Below, one piece after another: positions 37,158-47,953 of a stretch of DNA of 64,000 nt. The notes under the pieces are model-generated. The model worked only from the letters and a program-made list of their open reading frames with translations. It did not search any database and was not told the DNA's origin. Position 1 is the first letter of the stretch, and each line of letters opens with the position of its first letter. A program made the translations under genes and the position numbers. Source of the stretch: an uncultured Bacilli bacterium (GTDB lineage Bacteria; Bacillota_I; Bacilli_A; RF39; UBA660); the NCBI GenBank assembly GCA_947589535.1, contig CANQAS010000001.1, forward strand, positions 12,101-76,100, read 5' to 3'.

Positions 37158-37724
37158 TTATTCTATTATTAAATCTGCTTCATCCCCATTTTTGATTAAA
37201 AAAGCATTCGCATCATCAGTGTCTAAATGTACTTCATAAGCAAAAGAATCATTAATTCTAACATAAACATTTTCTAATGTTCCTGGCTTTTCACCATCTA
37301 CTTTTAGGGTAACAAATTCTTTATCAATTATACCTAATTTTTTTGCATCTTCTGTATTAATATGTAAGTGTCTTGAAGCTATTATTGCAGCATTTTTAGT
37401 TATTTTCCCTTGCGGCCCAATAACTGTTATTTCAGCCGCACCTTCTAAATCTCCAGAATTTCTAACTGGAGGTTTAATTCCTAATGTAAAAGAATCGGTT
37501 TTTGATATTTCAACTTGGGTCTTATCTCTTTCAGGTCCTAAAATCCTTACTCTTTCAATTTGTCCTTTTGGACCTTTTATCGTTACTTGTTCATTGCAAG
37601 CATATTGTCCAGGCTGTGATAAATCAACTTTTTTTGTTAATTCTACTCCTTCACCAAATAGAATCCTTAAGTCTTCTTTTGTTACATGAACGTGTCTTGC
37701 TGATACTCCAATACCCACTTTCAT
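37158..37724 (-). CDS. pduL: phosphate acyltransferase PduL
   Basis: Duplicated PduL modules with SARHVHV and SRHLHI motifs. The start is trimmed to the ATG at 37724. Confidence 0.85.
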   Translation of the reverse strand: MKVGIGVSARHVHVTKEDLRILFGEGVELTKKVDLSQPGQYACNEQVTIKGPKGQIERVRILGPERDKTQVEISKTDSFTLGIKPPVRNSGDLEGAAEITVIGPQGKITKNAAIIASRHLHINTEDAKKLGIIDKEFVTLKVDGEKPGTLENVYVRINDSFAYEVHLDTDDANAFLIKNGDEADLIIE

Positions 37725-37816
37725 ATATATCATCTCCTTACTTCATCATTATAACACGTATAAATTAATTCGTTAAGTCATATATTTAAATGAATTAAAA
37801 AAAAAGGAGAATTAAA

Positions 37817-38230
37817 ATGAATACAAATTATTACCCAAATCCTACATATCCGAATTTAGGTACAAACCCTATACAATTAACTCAATCTGGAGGTGTTGCA
37901 ACAAGCCCTAGCCAAAATACTAATAACATTAGCAATAATAATTTAGCTAATATCCAGGCAGCTAATAATATGTTAGCATTAGAGCAATCATACATAGAAA
38001 ACATATTAAGGCTAAATAGAGGTAAACTAGCAACCTTTTACATGTCTTTTCCTGATTCAGTAGACTGGCGTGATAAAACATTTACCGGAATAATTGAAGC
38101 GGCAGGAAGAGATCATATAATAATTAGTGAGCCCAAAACTGGTAAATGGTACTTACTAGAAATGATCTATCTGAACTACGTTGAATTTGATGAAAAAATA
38201 AATTACAGTCCAGAATATTATCCAAATTAA
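37817..38230 (+). CDS. gerQ: spore coat protein GerQ-like
   Basis: A low-complexity N/Q/P-rich N-terminus is followed by SYIENILRLNRGKLATFYMSF...GIIEAAGRDHIIISEP...YLL...Y. This closely matches my memory of the B. subtilis GerQ (YwdL) C-terminal domain. The upstream CATATATT (37779-37786) resembles a mother-cell sigma -10. Confidence 0.7.
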   Translation: MNTNYYPNPTYPNLGTNPIQLTQSGGVATSPSQNTNNISNNNLANIQAANNMLALEQSYIENILRLNRGKLATFYMSFPDSVDWRDKTFTGIIEAAGRDHIIISEPKTGKWYLLEMIYLNYVEFDEKINYSPEYYPN

Positions 38231-38289
38231 TTGTCTTGTAAATATCTATTTCTTTTGCTATAATTTACTTAAGAATAGAGGTAGATATT

Positions 38290-38820
38290 ATGGTAATAAT
38301 TATAGTTATATTAGTAATAGGAATAATAATAGTACTTTATAACATATATTATGATAAATTAAATTTTGTTATTTCAAAGCTAGATAATATAGAAGAAAAA
38401 CTAAAAAGTACTTTGCTAAAAAGAAAAGAACTTATTAAAGATGCAGAAAAACTTATTAAAGAAAAGCTTAAAACGGAAAAAGTCATATTTGATGGTTTAG
38501 AAAATCTAAAGGACAATGCAAATATGATGGAATTAGATAGAAAACTACTAATATACATAGGTGAATTTCATCTTATAAAAGAAAAATATGCAAAACTTAA
38601 TAAAGATGAAAACTTTCAAAAAATCGCCTTTGCGATTGCAGAAACAGAAGATTTACTTAATGCGTATAAAGAATATTACAATGATAATGCTAGTAAGTAT
38701 AATAAGATAATTAAAACATTTCCTTTGATTATAACTACTATTTTAAAAAGAAGAAAAGAAAAATTATTCTTTGATAATAAATCAATTAATGATATAGATT
38801 ATTCTGATTTTAGATATTAA
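38290..38820 (+). CDS. LemA-family-like membrane-anchored protein
   Basis: N-terminal TM helix followed by a helical domain of LemA-like size and layout. Motif conservation is weak. Confidence 0.45.
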   Translation: MVIIIVILVIGIIIVLYNIYYDKLNFVISKLDNIEEKLKSTLLKRKELIKDAEKLIKEKLKTEKVIFDGLENLKDNANMMELDRKLLIYIGEFHLIKEKYAKLNKDENFQKIAFAIAETEDLLNAYKEYYNDNASKYNKIIKTFPLIITTILKRRKEKLFFDNKSINDIDYSDFRY

Positions 38821-38827
38821 AAAGAGA

Positions 38828-39478
38828 TTACCAATTAATCTCTTTTTTATTAATCTTTTTTAAATATTCATTTGATTTTGAAAAAGGCTTACTTCCAAAA
38901 AAACCATTATATGCGGAAAGTGGCGATGGATGAGCTGACTCTATTACATAGTGATTAGGGTTAGTTATCATTCTTTTTTTATCTCTAGCTTGTCTTCCCC
39001 AAAGTATAAATACTACATTATCTAATTTATCATTTATCTGTTTTATAACAAAGTCAGTAAATATCTCCCAGCCAATATCTTTATGAGAATTAGCCTTATC
39101 CTTTTCTACCGTTAAAACCGTATTTAGTAAAAATACACCTTGTTTAGCCCAATCTGACAAATCAGTATCACACCTATCTATACCTAAGTCATCATGCAAT
39201 TCTTTAAATATGTTTCTAAGTGAAGGTGGAGTTCTAACACCTCTTCTTACCGAAAAAGATAATCCCATTGCTTCTTTTTCACCATGGTAAGGATCTTGTC
39301 CTAATATAACAACTTTAATGTTATTAAAATCAGTTAGTTTGAATGCATTAAATAAATCCTGAGCTGGCGGATATATGGTTTTTGAAAGTCTCTCGTTTTT
39401 AACAAACTCTTTTACATACTTAAAATAACTTTTTTGCATTTCATCTTGCAAAATTTCATCCCAACTATTATGAAACAT
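38828..39478 (-). CDS. ung: uracil-DNA glycosylase
   Basis: GQDPYHG and HPSPLS motifs. Confidence 0.96.
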   Translation of the reverse strand: MFHNSWDEILQDEMQKSYFKYVKEFVKNERLSKTIYPPAQDLFNAFKLTDFNNIKVVILGQDPYHGEKEAMGLSFSVRRGVRTPPSLRNIFKELHDDLGIDRCDTDLSDWAKQGVFLLNTVLTVEKDKANSHKDIGWEIFTDFVIKQINDKLDNVVFILWGRQARDKKRMITNPNHYVIESAHPSPLSAYNGFFGSKPFSKSNEYLKKINKKEINW

Positions 39479-39493
39479 AAAATCACCTCAGCT

Positions 39494-40240
39494 TTATTTT
39501 TTTCTAGCTATATGAGTTATTGTTGGATAATGATCACTTGGTGCAATACCATTATACTTATTTGTATCAAATTCAGCATTAACTATATCAAAATCAGAAT
39601 CTGGTACAAAAATATGATCAATTGGCTCTTTCATATTAAATTTTCTAAATGAACTTCCAAGATCTTTTGGTACGGTATCAACTAATTTATTTTCTTTTTC
39701 AAATTTCTTTAAGTCACCAGTTAAATGCATATTAAAATCACCCATTATTATAATGTCTTCATCTGAATTTTTCTCTTTTTTAATAATATTAGTTAATACC
39801 TCTAATTGATGCTTTCTATTACTAGCAAATAAATTATCTAAGTGTGTGTTAATAATTAAATATTTATGATCTTCATATATGACATGCGCTATAGTACATA
39901 TTCTTGGAAATAAATCTAGCAAAAATTTACTTCCTTTTTTATAAATATCATTTGACAAAGCATATGTTTGAGTTTCAAGTAATTCAAATACTGATTTTTT
40001 TAATAAAATACTATTATATTCATCCGATATACTAGCGCTTCCTCTAGATTCTCCAACAAATATATATTCACTCAATTCCTTTTCAAGATACTTTTTTGCT
40101 CTTGGGGTTAACTCTTGAGTTCCTATTACATCCAATCCTCTTTTTCTAATTAGTTCTGATGCGGAGTCTGCCCTTTTTATCCAATTTTTAGAAGGTGCTG
40201 GAGAATAAGAATTTTTCATATTAAGAGTTGCAATTATCAT
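39494..40240 (-). CDS. endonuclease/exonuclease/phosphatase (EEP) family protein
   Basis: GTQE near the N-terminus, GDFN, and a C-terminal SDHYP motif. Confidence 0.65.
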   Translation of the reverse strand: MIIATLNMKNSYSPAPSKNWIKRADSASELIRKRGLDVIGTQELTPRAKKYLEKELSEYIFVGESRGSASISDEYNSILLKKSVFELLETQTYALSNDIYKKGSKFLLDLFPRICTIAHVIYEDHKYLIINTHLDNLFASNRKHQLEVLTNIIKKEKNSDEDIIIMGDFNMHLTGDLKKFEKENKLVDTVPKDLGSSFRKFNMKEPIDHIFVPDSDFDIVNAEFDTNKYNGIAPSDHYPTITHIARKK

Positions 40241-40299
40241 TTAAAAACCTCCCATCATTTATATGATAGCATTTATATTATATTTAATCAAATAAAAAG

Positions 40300-40746
40300 C
40301 TACTTATGGTAGCTTTCATTATTCATTATCTTAAATGATCTATATATTTGTTCAAGTAATATTATTCTAAATAATTGATGTGGAAAAGTTAAATCTGAAA
40401 ATGAAAAAGAATAATTAGATCTACTAAGTACATCTTCTGATAGACCGTTAGATCCGCCTATCACAAAAACTATGTTTTTAGACATATTTTTATTAATAAA
40501 ATCAGATAGTTCTACTGAATTTATTTTTTTACCTAAAATATCTAGAGTAACAACAAAATCATTTTCTTTAATCTTAGATAATATATTTTTCCCTTCTTCT
40601 AATTTAGTTTTAATAACATCATAATTATAATCTGGTAATTCTATTATTTCTAATTTAATATACTTTCCAAGTCTTTTTTGATACTCTTTTATAGCATCTA
40701 TAAAATACTTTTCCTTTATCTTTCCAACACAAATTATTTTTATCAT
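40300..40746 (-). CDS. rlmH: 23S rRNA (pseudouridine1915-N3)-methyltransferase RlmH
   Basis: 148-aa SPOUT-type protein beginning MIKIICVGKIKEKY, with a C-terminal HQLFRIILLEQIYR. Confidence 0.85.
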   Translation of the reverse strand: MIKIICVGKIKEKYFIDAIKEYQKRLGKYIKLEIIELPDYNYDVIKTKLEEGKNILSKIKENDFVVTLDILGKKINSVELSDFINKNMSKNIVFVIGGSNGLSEDVLSRSNYSFSFSDLTFPHQLFRIILLEQIYRSFKIMNNESYHK

Positions 40747-41510
40747 ACTTCCATCAAATCCGTTCTTTGTTTTTGCTTTGCAATTAATATGTTTTTAACT
40801 GATTTATTCTTTGATGCTAATGCACTTTTTATTGACTCTAAAGCTTTATCATAAGTATTATTATCATCGCTTAAATGCGCCAATATTATGGTATTTGTAT
40901 CATCCCCGACAAATCCAGATAAATAGTAAGATGAATCAACGTTTGATAAATGTCCTTTATCACCAACAATTCTTTGCTTTATATGAAATGGATATCTTCC
41001 ATTCATTAACATTTCAACATCATGATTACTTTCAAAGATATACATATTTTTATTTGTTAAAACATCATAGTATCTTTTGTTTATATATCCAGTATCAGTA
41101 ATGTATACTAATGATCTTTGATTATTTTCTAAAACAAATCCAACTGATCCATCAGCATCATGAGAAGTTTTTATAACCTTAACATTAATATCATCAATAT
41201 TAAAAACTGCTGTTTCATAAATCTCGTAATCAAAATCATCAATATACTCATGAAGCAAATTTAATATTACTTTATTAACATATAATTTTGGATGATATTT
41301 TTTTAAGAAAACTTTTAAACCCTGTATATGATCCACGTGGGTGTGTGTTATTAGTATCGCTTTTATTTCATTTGGATCCGTATCTAATTCTCTTAATTTT
41401 TCTTCTACATAAGATTTTGTAACACCAAGATCTATTAAAATCTTGGTGTTATCTGTTTTTACTAATACACTATTTCCTTTACTACCACTTGATAAGACTG
41501 AGACTTGCAT
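40743..41510 (-). CDS. MBL-fold metallo-hydrolase (YycJ/WalJ type)
   Basis: SSGSKGNS N-terminus and THTHVDH motif. It overlaps rlmH by 4 nt. Confidence 0.7.
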   Translation of the reverse strand: MQVSVLSSGSKGNSVLVKTDNTKILIDLGVTKSYVEEKLRELDTDPNEIKAILITHTHVDHIQGLKVFLKKYHPKLYVNKVILNLLHEYIDDFDYEIYETAVFNIDDINVKVIKTSHDADGSVGFVLENNQRSLVYITDTGYINKRYYDVLTNKNMYIFESNHDVEMLMNGRYPFHIKQRIVGDKGHLSNVDSSYYLSGFVGDDTNTIILAHLSDDNNTYDKALESIKSALASKNKSVKNILIAKQKQRTDLMEV

Positions 41511-42988
41511 TATTTATATAAAGTCATCGGATCCATAGGAATACCATCTCTATATGGCATACCATTTCTATATAAACCAAAATGTAAGTGCGTACCAGTT
41601 GCAAAACCAGTGTGACCCATGGTTCCTATTTGTTGACCTTTTTGAACCGTTTGTCCAACTTGTACAAGTCTTGAACTCATATGAGCATAAAGTGTGTAAT
41701 AACCATTATCATGTTTAATAGTAACATGATTACCCAAACTTCCTTTATTTTGAGATGTTACAACGACTCCAGGGCCTGCTGCATAAATTGGAGAACCTTC
41801 ACCACTACCAGCTATATCTAATGCTTCATGAACTTTACCCCAACGATAACCAAAGTAACTTGAAATATAGTATTGAGAGATTGTAGGCCATGCCCAGCTT
41901 CCTGACATAATAGGAGCAGTTCCTCCACCAGCATATAATTGTTTTGTACCAACTTTTACAACTTTATCAACTGATGGTGTTATAGTTTCAGAACTTACTA
42001 TTACTACGTTAGTTTCTTCTCCATTTACTGATTTTATCTTAGTTGTTAATCTATCTATACCGTTTTGGCCTTCTGTTACAATACTTTGGCTACCAACATA
42101 CATAGATGAATCTTCTTCTTCAACAGTCTTATATTGACTTTCTTGGTCCATTACGTTATGCGTTTCTACTACTACATCTACAACTGGATTAATTAAACCA
42201 ATCTTTACCTGTTGTCCTACCGATAATATATTATTTGAACTTGTAAACTCAGGATTAACAATTAAAAATTCTTCGGTTGCAAGTTTGTTATTATATGCAA
42301 TAGAATCTATCGTATCACCTTCTTGAACAGTATAGTACTGATCTTCTTTAACTTCTCCAAACATTAAATATTTCGTTAAGGTTTTTTCGTCAGTAAATAT
42401 TTCCTCATCAGTTGATATATATCCATGCTTTATAGTTATATCTTGATCAATATAAATATCTTCTATTAATCTTCCAGTTTCCTTTATTTCTGGTTGTGTA
42501 TCATTTTCATAATTTTTAATATCATCACTACTTACAAAAGCTCCTACTACAGATTTCATAGCTTTATCAAACATATCTTTGTCTAAAACATAAAGTATTA
42601 TATCATTTTCATCTTTACTGTTAGACTTAATGGTTATTTTATAACCTTCTACTGTGAATGGTTTTTCTTCTTTTATAATATTATGAACTTGTTTTGCAGT
42701 TAAAATATTATTGTCATAAGTAGTATATTTTTGTATATCTACCCCCTCTGGTATATATACTTTATCTACATTATATTTTTCTTTCAGGTCTTTTTGTTCT
42801 TCATTTATATATTCTTCTAATTCTTCTTTGTCAGAAATATTACCAACAGCTTTTCCATCTAAATAAACTTTATATACTTCCTTAGGATTTAAGCTATATC
42901 TACCTGCAAAATTAACAAAGAAAACAATCGCAGCTGCTAACGCTACTGAAACAATATACATTAACCCCGTTTTTATTACCTTCATCAT
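41510..42988 (-). CDS. M23 peptidase with LysM and G5 domains
   Basis: N-terminal TM helix, LysM (YTVQEGDTIDSIA), a G5-like segment, and M23 motifs HEALDIAG and HLHFGLY. Confidence 0.8.
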   Translation of the reverse strand: MMKVIKTGLMYIVSVALAAAIVFFVNFAGRYSLNPKEVYKVYLDGKAVGNISDKEELEEYINEEQKDLKEKYNVDKVYIPEGVDIQKYTTYDNNILTAKQVHNIIKEEKPFTVEGYKITIKSNSKDENDIILYVLDKDMFDKAMKSVVGAFVSSDDIKNYENDTQPEIKETGRLIEDIYIDQDITIKHGYISTDEEIFTDEKTLTKYLMFGEVKEDQYYTVQEGDTIDSIAYNNKLATEEFLIVNPEFTSSNNILSVGQQVKIGLINPVVDVVVETHNVMDQESQYKTVEEEDSSMYVGSQSIVTEGQNGIDRLTTKIKSVNGEETNVVIVSSETITPSVDKVVKVGTKQLYAGGGTAPIMSGSWAWPTISQYYISSYFGYRWGKVHEALDIAGSGEGSPIYAAGPGVVVTSQNKGSLGNHVTIKHDNGYYTLYAHMSSRLVQVGQTVQKGQQIGTMGHTGFATGTHLHFGLYRNGMPYRDGIPMDPMTLYK

Positions 42989-42990
42989 AT

Positions 42991-44334
42991 CTACTCACCA
43001 TTCTCTCTTTGGAAATTAACAAAAGTACTTGTATCTTTTTTAAATAGTAATTCAATCGTTGTAGTAGGACCACTTCTGTTTTTCCCAATTATAAATTCAG
43101 TTATACTTGCATTATCATCACGTCTAGCTTCTTTATTATAATAGTCATCCCTGTATAAAAATGAAACTATATCAGCATCTTGTTCTATAGAACCTGATTC
43201 ACGAAGGTCACTCATTATTGGCCTTTTATCTTCGCGAGATTCAACTGCACGGGATAACTGTGCTGCTGCGATTACTGGAACCCCGAGTTCCATGGCCATT
43301 GTTTTTAAACTTCTTGATATATCTGATACTTCTTGTTGTCTACTTGATATAGAACTAGCTGGACCTGATATTAACTGTAGGTAGTCTATTACTACTAGTG
43401 ATAAACCTTTATCAGAATTTGCAAGTCTTCTACACTTAGATCTTATCTCACCAATTGTTATACCAGGTGTATCATCCAAATAAAGGTTCGCATCTGATAA
43501 TTTGCTAATTGCTTCATTAAGTCTTTTCCAATCGTTATGTTCAAGACGCCCGGTACGCATTTTAGTACCAGATATTTGACCTTGAGATTGTAATATTCTG
43601 TTAGCTAACTGCTCAGCACTCATTTCTAAGTTAAATACTGCAACAGCTTTATCACTATGCATTGCTGCATAAGTAGCCAAATTAAGTATGAATGAGGTTT
43701 TCCCCATAGCAGGTCTTGCTGCAATTATAATAAACTGTGTTGGCTGAAGACCTGCTGTTAATTTATCAAACTCATAAAAACCAGTTGCTAAACCAGTTAT
43801 ATCTGAACCTTGTTCTGCTAATTTTTCAAGGTTGGCTTGTTCTCTATACGCAACATCTTGAATTCTCTGAAACTCAGTAACCTTTCGCATATTACCTATT
43901 CTAAGCATTTTCATTTCGGCGGCATCTAAAACTTCATAAATAGAATCTTCTGATGCGTATGCGTCATTAGCTATTTCAGTTGCTGTTTCAATTATCTTTC
44001 TACCAACCATTTTTTCTTTTACTATACCAATATAATAATCAACGTTTGAAGCACTTGGTACAGAATCAATTATTTCTGATAAATATTCTACGTTACCAAC
44101 CCTACTAAGTATTTTTTTATCATTTAATTTATTTGTAACTATCGTTATATCAATAGGTGTTCCTTCATCATTTAACTCACGCAAAACTTCAAAAATCTTT
44201 GCATTTGCTTCACTATAAAAATGTTCACTTGATAGCTCGTCACATATTTTTTGTAGTGCTGTCTTAGATAAAAAAGCAGATCCAAGTACAGCTTTTTCAG
44301 CATCTATTGACTGTGGTATTTTTCTTTCTGCCAT
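42991..44334 (-). CDS. dnaB: replicative DNA helicase
   Basis: PQSIDAEKAVLGS N-terminus, Walker A ARPAMGKTS, and Walker B-like VVIDYLQL. Confidence 0.96.
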   Translation of the reverse strand: MAERKIPQSIDAEKAVLGSAFLSKTALQKICDELSSEHFYSEANAKIFEVLRELNDEGTPIDITIVTNKLNDKKILSRVGNVEYLSEIIDSVPSASNVDYYIGIVKEKMVGRKIIETATEIANDAYASEDSIYEVLDAAEMKMLRIGNMRKVTEFQRIQDVAYREQANLEKLAEQGSDITGLATGFYEFDKLTAGLQPTQFIIIAARPAMGKTSFILNLATYAAMHSDKAVAVFNLEMSAEQLANRILQSQGQISGTKMRTGRLEHNDWKRLNEAISKLSDANLYLDDTPGITIGEIRSKCRRLANSDKGLSLVVIDYLQLISGPASSISSRQQEVSDISRSLKTMAMELGVPVIAAAQLSRAVESREDKRPIMSDLRESGSIEQDADIVSFLYRDDYYNKEARRDDNASITEFIIGKNRSGPTTTIELLFKKDTSTFVNFQRENGE

Positions 44335-44353
44335 TTTATCACTCCTTTAACTT

Positions 44354-44794
44354 CTATTTAACTAACTGTACAGTTACAATACCTACTACTTTTTTGTGTA
44401 AATTTATTTTAACTTCATGATATCCTAAAGAATTAATTGGAGTATCTAAAGCTATTTTTTTCTTATCTATTTTATATCCTATTTTTTCAAGTTCTGATGC
44501 TATTTGTTTACTAGAAATAGTACCAAAAACCTGATCTTCTTTTCCAGTTTTTACTTTAAATACCAAAACTCTATCTTTTAGTTCGTTTTTTATTTTCTCA
44601 CAGTTTTTTATATCAGTAGCTTCTTTATCTGCCTTGTTCTTATTTTCAATGTCTAAGATTTCTTTACTCCTAGATGTATAAGCAACAGCATAACCTTTTC
44701 TTATTAAAAAGTTTTGTGCATATCCATCTTTTACCTCTTTTATTTCTCCTGCTTTTCCTTGACCTTTGACGTCTTTTGTAAATATCACTTTCAT
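44354..44794 (-). CDS. rplI: 50S ribosomal protein L9
   Basis: MKVIFTKDVKGQGKAGEIKEV N-terminus. Confidence 0.96.
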   Translation of the reverse strand: MKVIFTKDVKGQGKAGEIKEVKDGYAQNFLIRKGYAVAYTSRSKEILDIENKNKADKEATDIKNCEKIKNELKDRVLVFKVKTGKEDQVFGTISSKQIASELEKIGYKIDKKKIALDTPINSLGYHEVKINLHKKVVGIVTVQLVK

Positions 44795-44852
44795 AATTAG
44801 TCCGCCTTTCTAATTAATCTGTACGTATATTATAACATAATTTATATTTATT

Positions 44853-44890
44853 TAAAAGAAAAGAAAGCATACATCTTTTCACATGCTTTC
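44853..44890 (-). terminator. rho-independent terminator after rpsR
   Basis: 8-bp stem GAAAGCAT / ATGCTTTC with a 12-nt loop, followed on the minus strand by TTTTCTTTT. Confidence 0.65.
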
Positions 44891-44896
44891 TAATAA

Positions 44897-45112
44897 TTAT
44901 TTTGTAAATGGAAGTATTGCTATCATTCTAGCTCTCTTTACTTGTTGTGCTATATGTCTTTGGTGCTTAGAACAAGCTCCTGTTACTCTTCTAGGTAAAA
45001 TTTTACCTTTTTCATTTATATATTTTTTTAAGATTTCAGGATCTTTATAATCTACATTTTTACCAGCACACATTTGACATATTTTCTTTTTCTTTCTATA
45101 AAATTCTGCCAT
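44897..45112 (-). CDS. rpsR: 30S ribosomal protein S18
   Basis: 71 aa with [12 protein letters not shown]...[10 protein letters not shown]. Confidence 0.96.
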   Translation of the reverse strand: MAEFYRKKKKICQMCAGKNVDYKDPEILKKYINEKGKILPRRVTGACSKHQRHIAQQVKRARMIAILPFTK

Positions 45113-45137
45113 TTGTATAACCTCCTTATTTATTAAA

Positions 45138-45602
45138 TTAGAATGCTATATCATCATCTGATATTTCAATTGAACTACCGAAATCAGCAAATACATCATC
45201 AGAAACATTAGTTTCTTTAGCAGTACTTTCAGTTTGGAAATCAGCTGGTGATACATCATTTTCAGCTTCTATATTATTACCTGAATTTCTAGAATCAAGA
45301 AATTGAACACGATCAGCTACCACTTCAGTAACATAAACGCGCTTACCATCTTTATCTTCATAATTTCTAGTTTGAATTCTTCCATCTACCGCTACTAAAG
45401 AGCCTTTACCAACGTACTTTTTAATATTCTCAGCTTGTTTTTGAAAAGCTACTATATTAATAAAATCTGTTTCTCTTTGCCCTTGAGTATTAGTATATTG
45501 TCTATCAATAGCAATAGAAAAATTTACTATTGCTGCATTACTTGAAGAATATCTTAATTCAGGATCTCTTGTTAATCTTCCTATTAAAAATGCTTTATTC
45601 AT
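45138..45602 (-). CDS. ssb: single-stranded DNA-binding protein
   Basis: OB-fold N-terminus [18 protein letters not shown] and an acidic C-terminal tip DDDIAF. Confidence 0.96.
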   Translation of the reverse strand: MNKAFLIGRLTRDPELRYSSSNAAIVNFSIAIDRQYTNTQGQRETDFINIVAFQKQAENIKKYVGKGSLVAVDGRIQTRNYEDKDGKRVYVTEVVADRVQFLDSRNSGNNIEAENDVSPADFQTESTAKETNVSDDVFADFGSSIEISDDDIAF

Positions 45603-45620
45603 TTTTTATCCTCACTTTTA

Positions 45621-45905
45621 TTAGTCTTCTTTTACGATTAAATGACGAATAATATCTTCACTAATTAATGCTAAACGATCAAATTCATTGATTGCTTTTG
45701 CATCAGTTGATTCAATGTTAATTAAGAAATAGTAACCAGTCTTATGACCTTTTATTTCATATGCTAATTCTTTTTGCCCTAAATCTTTAGAAGATACTAC
45801 TTTCGCACCGTTATCTGCTAAAACTTTTTCGAAGTTTTTAGCAACTTCTTTAACACCTGTTTCTTCTAGATTTGGTCTAACAATGAACATAATTTCGTAT
45901 TTCAT
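45621..45905 (-). CDS. rpsF: 30S ribosomal protein S6
   Basis: MKYEIMFIVRPNLEE N-terminus, in rpsF-ssb-rpsR order. Confidence 0.96.
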   Translation of the reverse strand: MKYEIMFIVRPNLEETGVKEVAKNFEKVLADNGAKVVSSKDLGQKELAYEIKGHKTGYYFLINIESTDAKAINEFDRLALISEDIIRHLIVKED

Positions 45906-45980
45906 ATTTTTTACCTCCTCTTTTGGTCTTTAATGGCCCTTAATCTTGAGTTAAGAGCAAGAGAGTAATTCCATTACTCG
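45906..45980 (-). promoter_or_regulatory. rpsF 5' leader with two hairpins (candidate S6:S18-binding leader)
   Basis: Hairpins GAGTAAT-nnn-ATTACTC (45963-45979) and CTTAA-n7-TTAAG (45939-45955) lie between the predicted promoter and the SD GAGGAGG. Structured rpsF leaders are described in Bacillota. Confidence 0.4.
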
Positions 45981-45986
45981 CTTTGT

Positions 45987-46015
45987 ATTATAACAAAAAA
46001 GAAGATTAATGTAAA
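45987..46015 (-). promoter_or_regulatory. sigma-A type promoter of rpsF-ssb-rpsR
   Basis: The minus strand reads TTTACA (46015-46010), a 17-nt spacer, then TATAAT (45992-45987). Confidence 0.55.
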
Positions 46016-46145
46016 CCTTCTTTTATTAAAACATATTCAAATTAATAATTTATAATACTTATTATTTTAAAGCAGATTATAATTATTACTTTTTATAAGT
46101 TTGTTTTAGCTTTTTAATGATATTCTAATAAAAAGTTTTTGTAAA

Positions 46146-47243
46146 TTAATTATTAAACCTAAATAAGCAAACGTCTCCGTCTTGCATTTGGTATTCTTTA
46201 CCTTCACTTCTAAGTTTACCTGCTTCTTTTGCGCCTTTTTCACCTTTATATTTTTCATAATCTTCAAATGAGATTACTTCTGCTCTAATAAAACCTTTTT
46301 CAAAATCACTGTGGATAATTCCAGCGCATGCAGGCGCTTTCATACCTTTTTTAAAGGTCCAAGCTCTAACTTCTTTAGGGCCAGCAGTAAAATATGTTTG
46401 AAGCCCTAAAAGTGAGTAAGATGCTTTAATTAACTTGTCAAGACCGCTTTCTTCTATTCCTAAATCATTTAAAAAAGCTTGTTTTTCTTCGTCATCAAAT
46501 CCACTTAATTCATCTTCTATTTTTGCACATAAGGTAATTACTTCAGCATTATCTTTTTTAGCATATTCTTTTACCTTCTTAACATAATCATTATCTGTTC
46601 CTATTTCATCTTCTTTAATATTTGCAACATAAATAACTGGTTTCATTGTAAGAAGATTAAATGCCTTAAGCATTTTTAAATCATCTTCTGAATATTCTAA
46701 CTTTCTAGCTGGAATATTATCCTCTAATGCTACTTTAATACGTTTTAAAAGTTCTACTTCTTTTAACGCATCTTTATCCTTTGTAGATACTGCCTTTTTT
46801 TCTATTCTTGCAAGTCTATTATTAATCACTTCTAAATCACAGAAAATAAACTCTACATCTATGATTTCTATATCTCGTAAAGGATCGGGTTCTCCTTCTA
46901 CGTGGGTAATATTTGAATCATCAAAACATCTTATTACTTCAACAACTGCATCAACTTCCCTTATGTGTGATAAAAATTTATTTCCTAAACCTTCACCATG
47001 GGATGCACCTTTAACTAATCCAGCTATATCAGTAAATTCAAATGTTGTTGGAACTAAACTTTTAGGCTTAATAAGTTCGTTTAAAAAATCTAATCTTTTA
47101 TCTGGTACTGTAACCATACCAACATTTGGTTCTATAGTCGCAAATGGATAATTTGCTGCTAATATATTTTTCTTCGTAATTGCATTAAATAACGTTGATT
47201 TACCCACGTTTGGTAATCCTACTATACCCGCTGTAAGTGGCAT
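46146..47243 (-). CDS. ychF: redox-regulated ATPase YchF
   Basis: GIVGLPNVGKSTLFNA P-loop and a C-terminal TGS-like domain. Confidence 0.95.
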   Translation of the reverse strand: MPLTAGIVGLPNVGKSTLFNAITKKNILAANYPFATIEPNVGMVTVPDKRLDFLNELIKPKSLVPTTFEFTDIAGLVKGASHGEGLGNKFLSHIREVDAVVEVIRCFDDSNITHVEGEPDPLRDIEIIDVEFIFCDLEVINNRLARIEKKAVSTKDKDALKEVELLKRIKVALEDNIPARKLEYSEDDLKMLKAFNLLTMKPVIYVANIKEDEIGTDNDYVKKVKEYAKKDNAEVITLCAKIEDELSGFDDEEKQAFLNDLGIEESGLDKLIKASYSLLGLQTYFTAGPKEVRAWTFKKGMKAPACAGIIHSDFEKGFIRAEVISFEDYEKYKGEKGAKEAGKLRSEGKEYQMQDGDVCLFRFNN

Positions 47244-47296
47244 ATAATCACTTCCTTCTTTTGGTATTATAACATAATTAAAAAAACAACGAAATA

Positions 47297-47812
47297 TTAA
47301 ATCGTTGTTTTTGCTTTAGACTCATAAGCTAAATCAGCATATATAACTGGAGTAACAGAATAGTTTAATCCTTGGATTATTTCGTTTTTTATATACGTTG
47401 CATTAAGATCAATCAAACTATAATTTTCACTAACTATTGGCATCAAATCAGAATCATCAAGAGACATTCTTGCCATAAACTTTTCAATTCCTACCTTTGA
47501 TTGAGAAAAACTTAGATTTACAGCATCGTTTAAGTTAAATGAAGCAAAATCATCATTTTTATTTAATTGCATCCAATCCTTTACAGGAATTAAAATTTGC
47601 TCGTTATGATTACTTAATCTTACAAATACAACTACTGAATCTCCAGAAATAAATTCACCTTTTTCATTTTTTTTGCTATTTTCAGCTGGAATTATTTCTT
47701 TATACTTAAAAACGCCTAATGGAGCATCTAATTTCTTTTCAGATCCATATGATAATACTAACTTAAGAGTATCATCTTTTAGAGTTTCTTCTATTTTTTC
47801 TATTTTTTTCAT
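47297..47812 (-). CDS. hypothetical protein (171 aa)
   Basis: ORF with AAGGAAGTGA SD before the ATG at 47812. I recognise no motif. Confidence 0.5.
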   Translation of the reverse strand: MKKIEKIEETLKDDTLKLVLSYGSEKKLDAPLGVFKYKEIIPAENSKKNEKGEFISGDSVVVFVRLSNHNEQILIPVKDWMQLNKNDDFASFNLNDAVNLSFSQSKVGIEKFMARMSLDDSDLMPIVSENYSLIDLNATYIKNEIIQGLNYSVTPVIYADLAYESKAKTTI

Positions 47813-47953
47813 TTTTGTCACTTCCTTAGTCATATATATTAACAAGAAAAAATTTTTAAATCAATATATTTTAAAGTTTTTTATTAATTTTGTTTTTTTT
47901 AATAATATATTATTCATATAAAAAGAAATTATTATAATTTATCAAACTTGGTC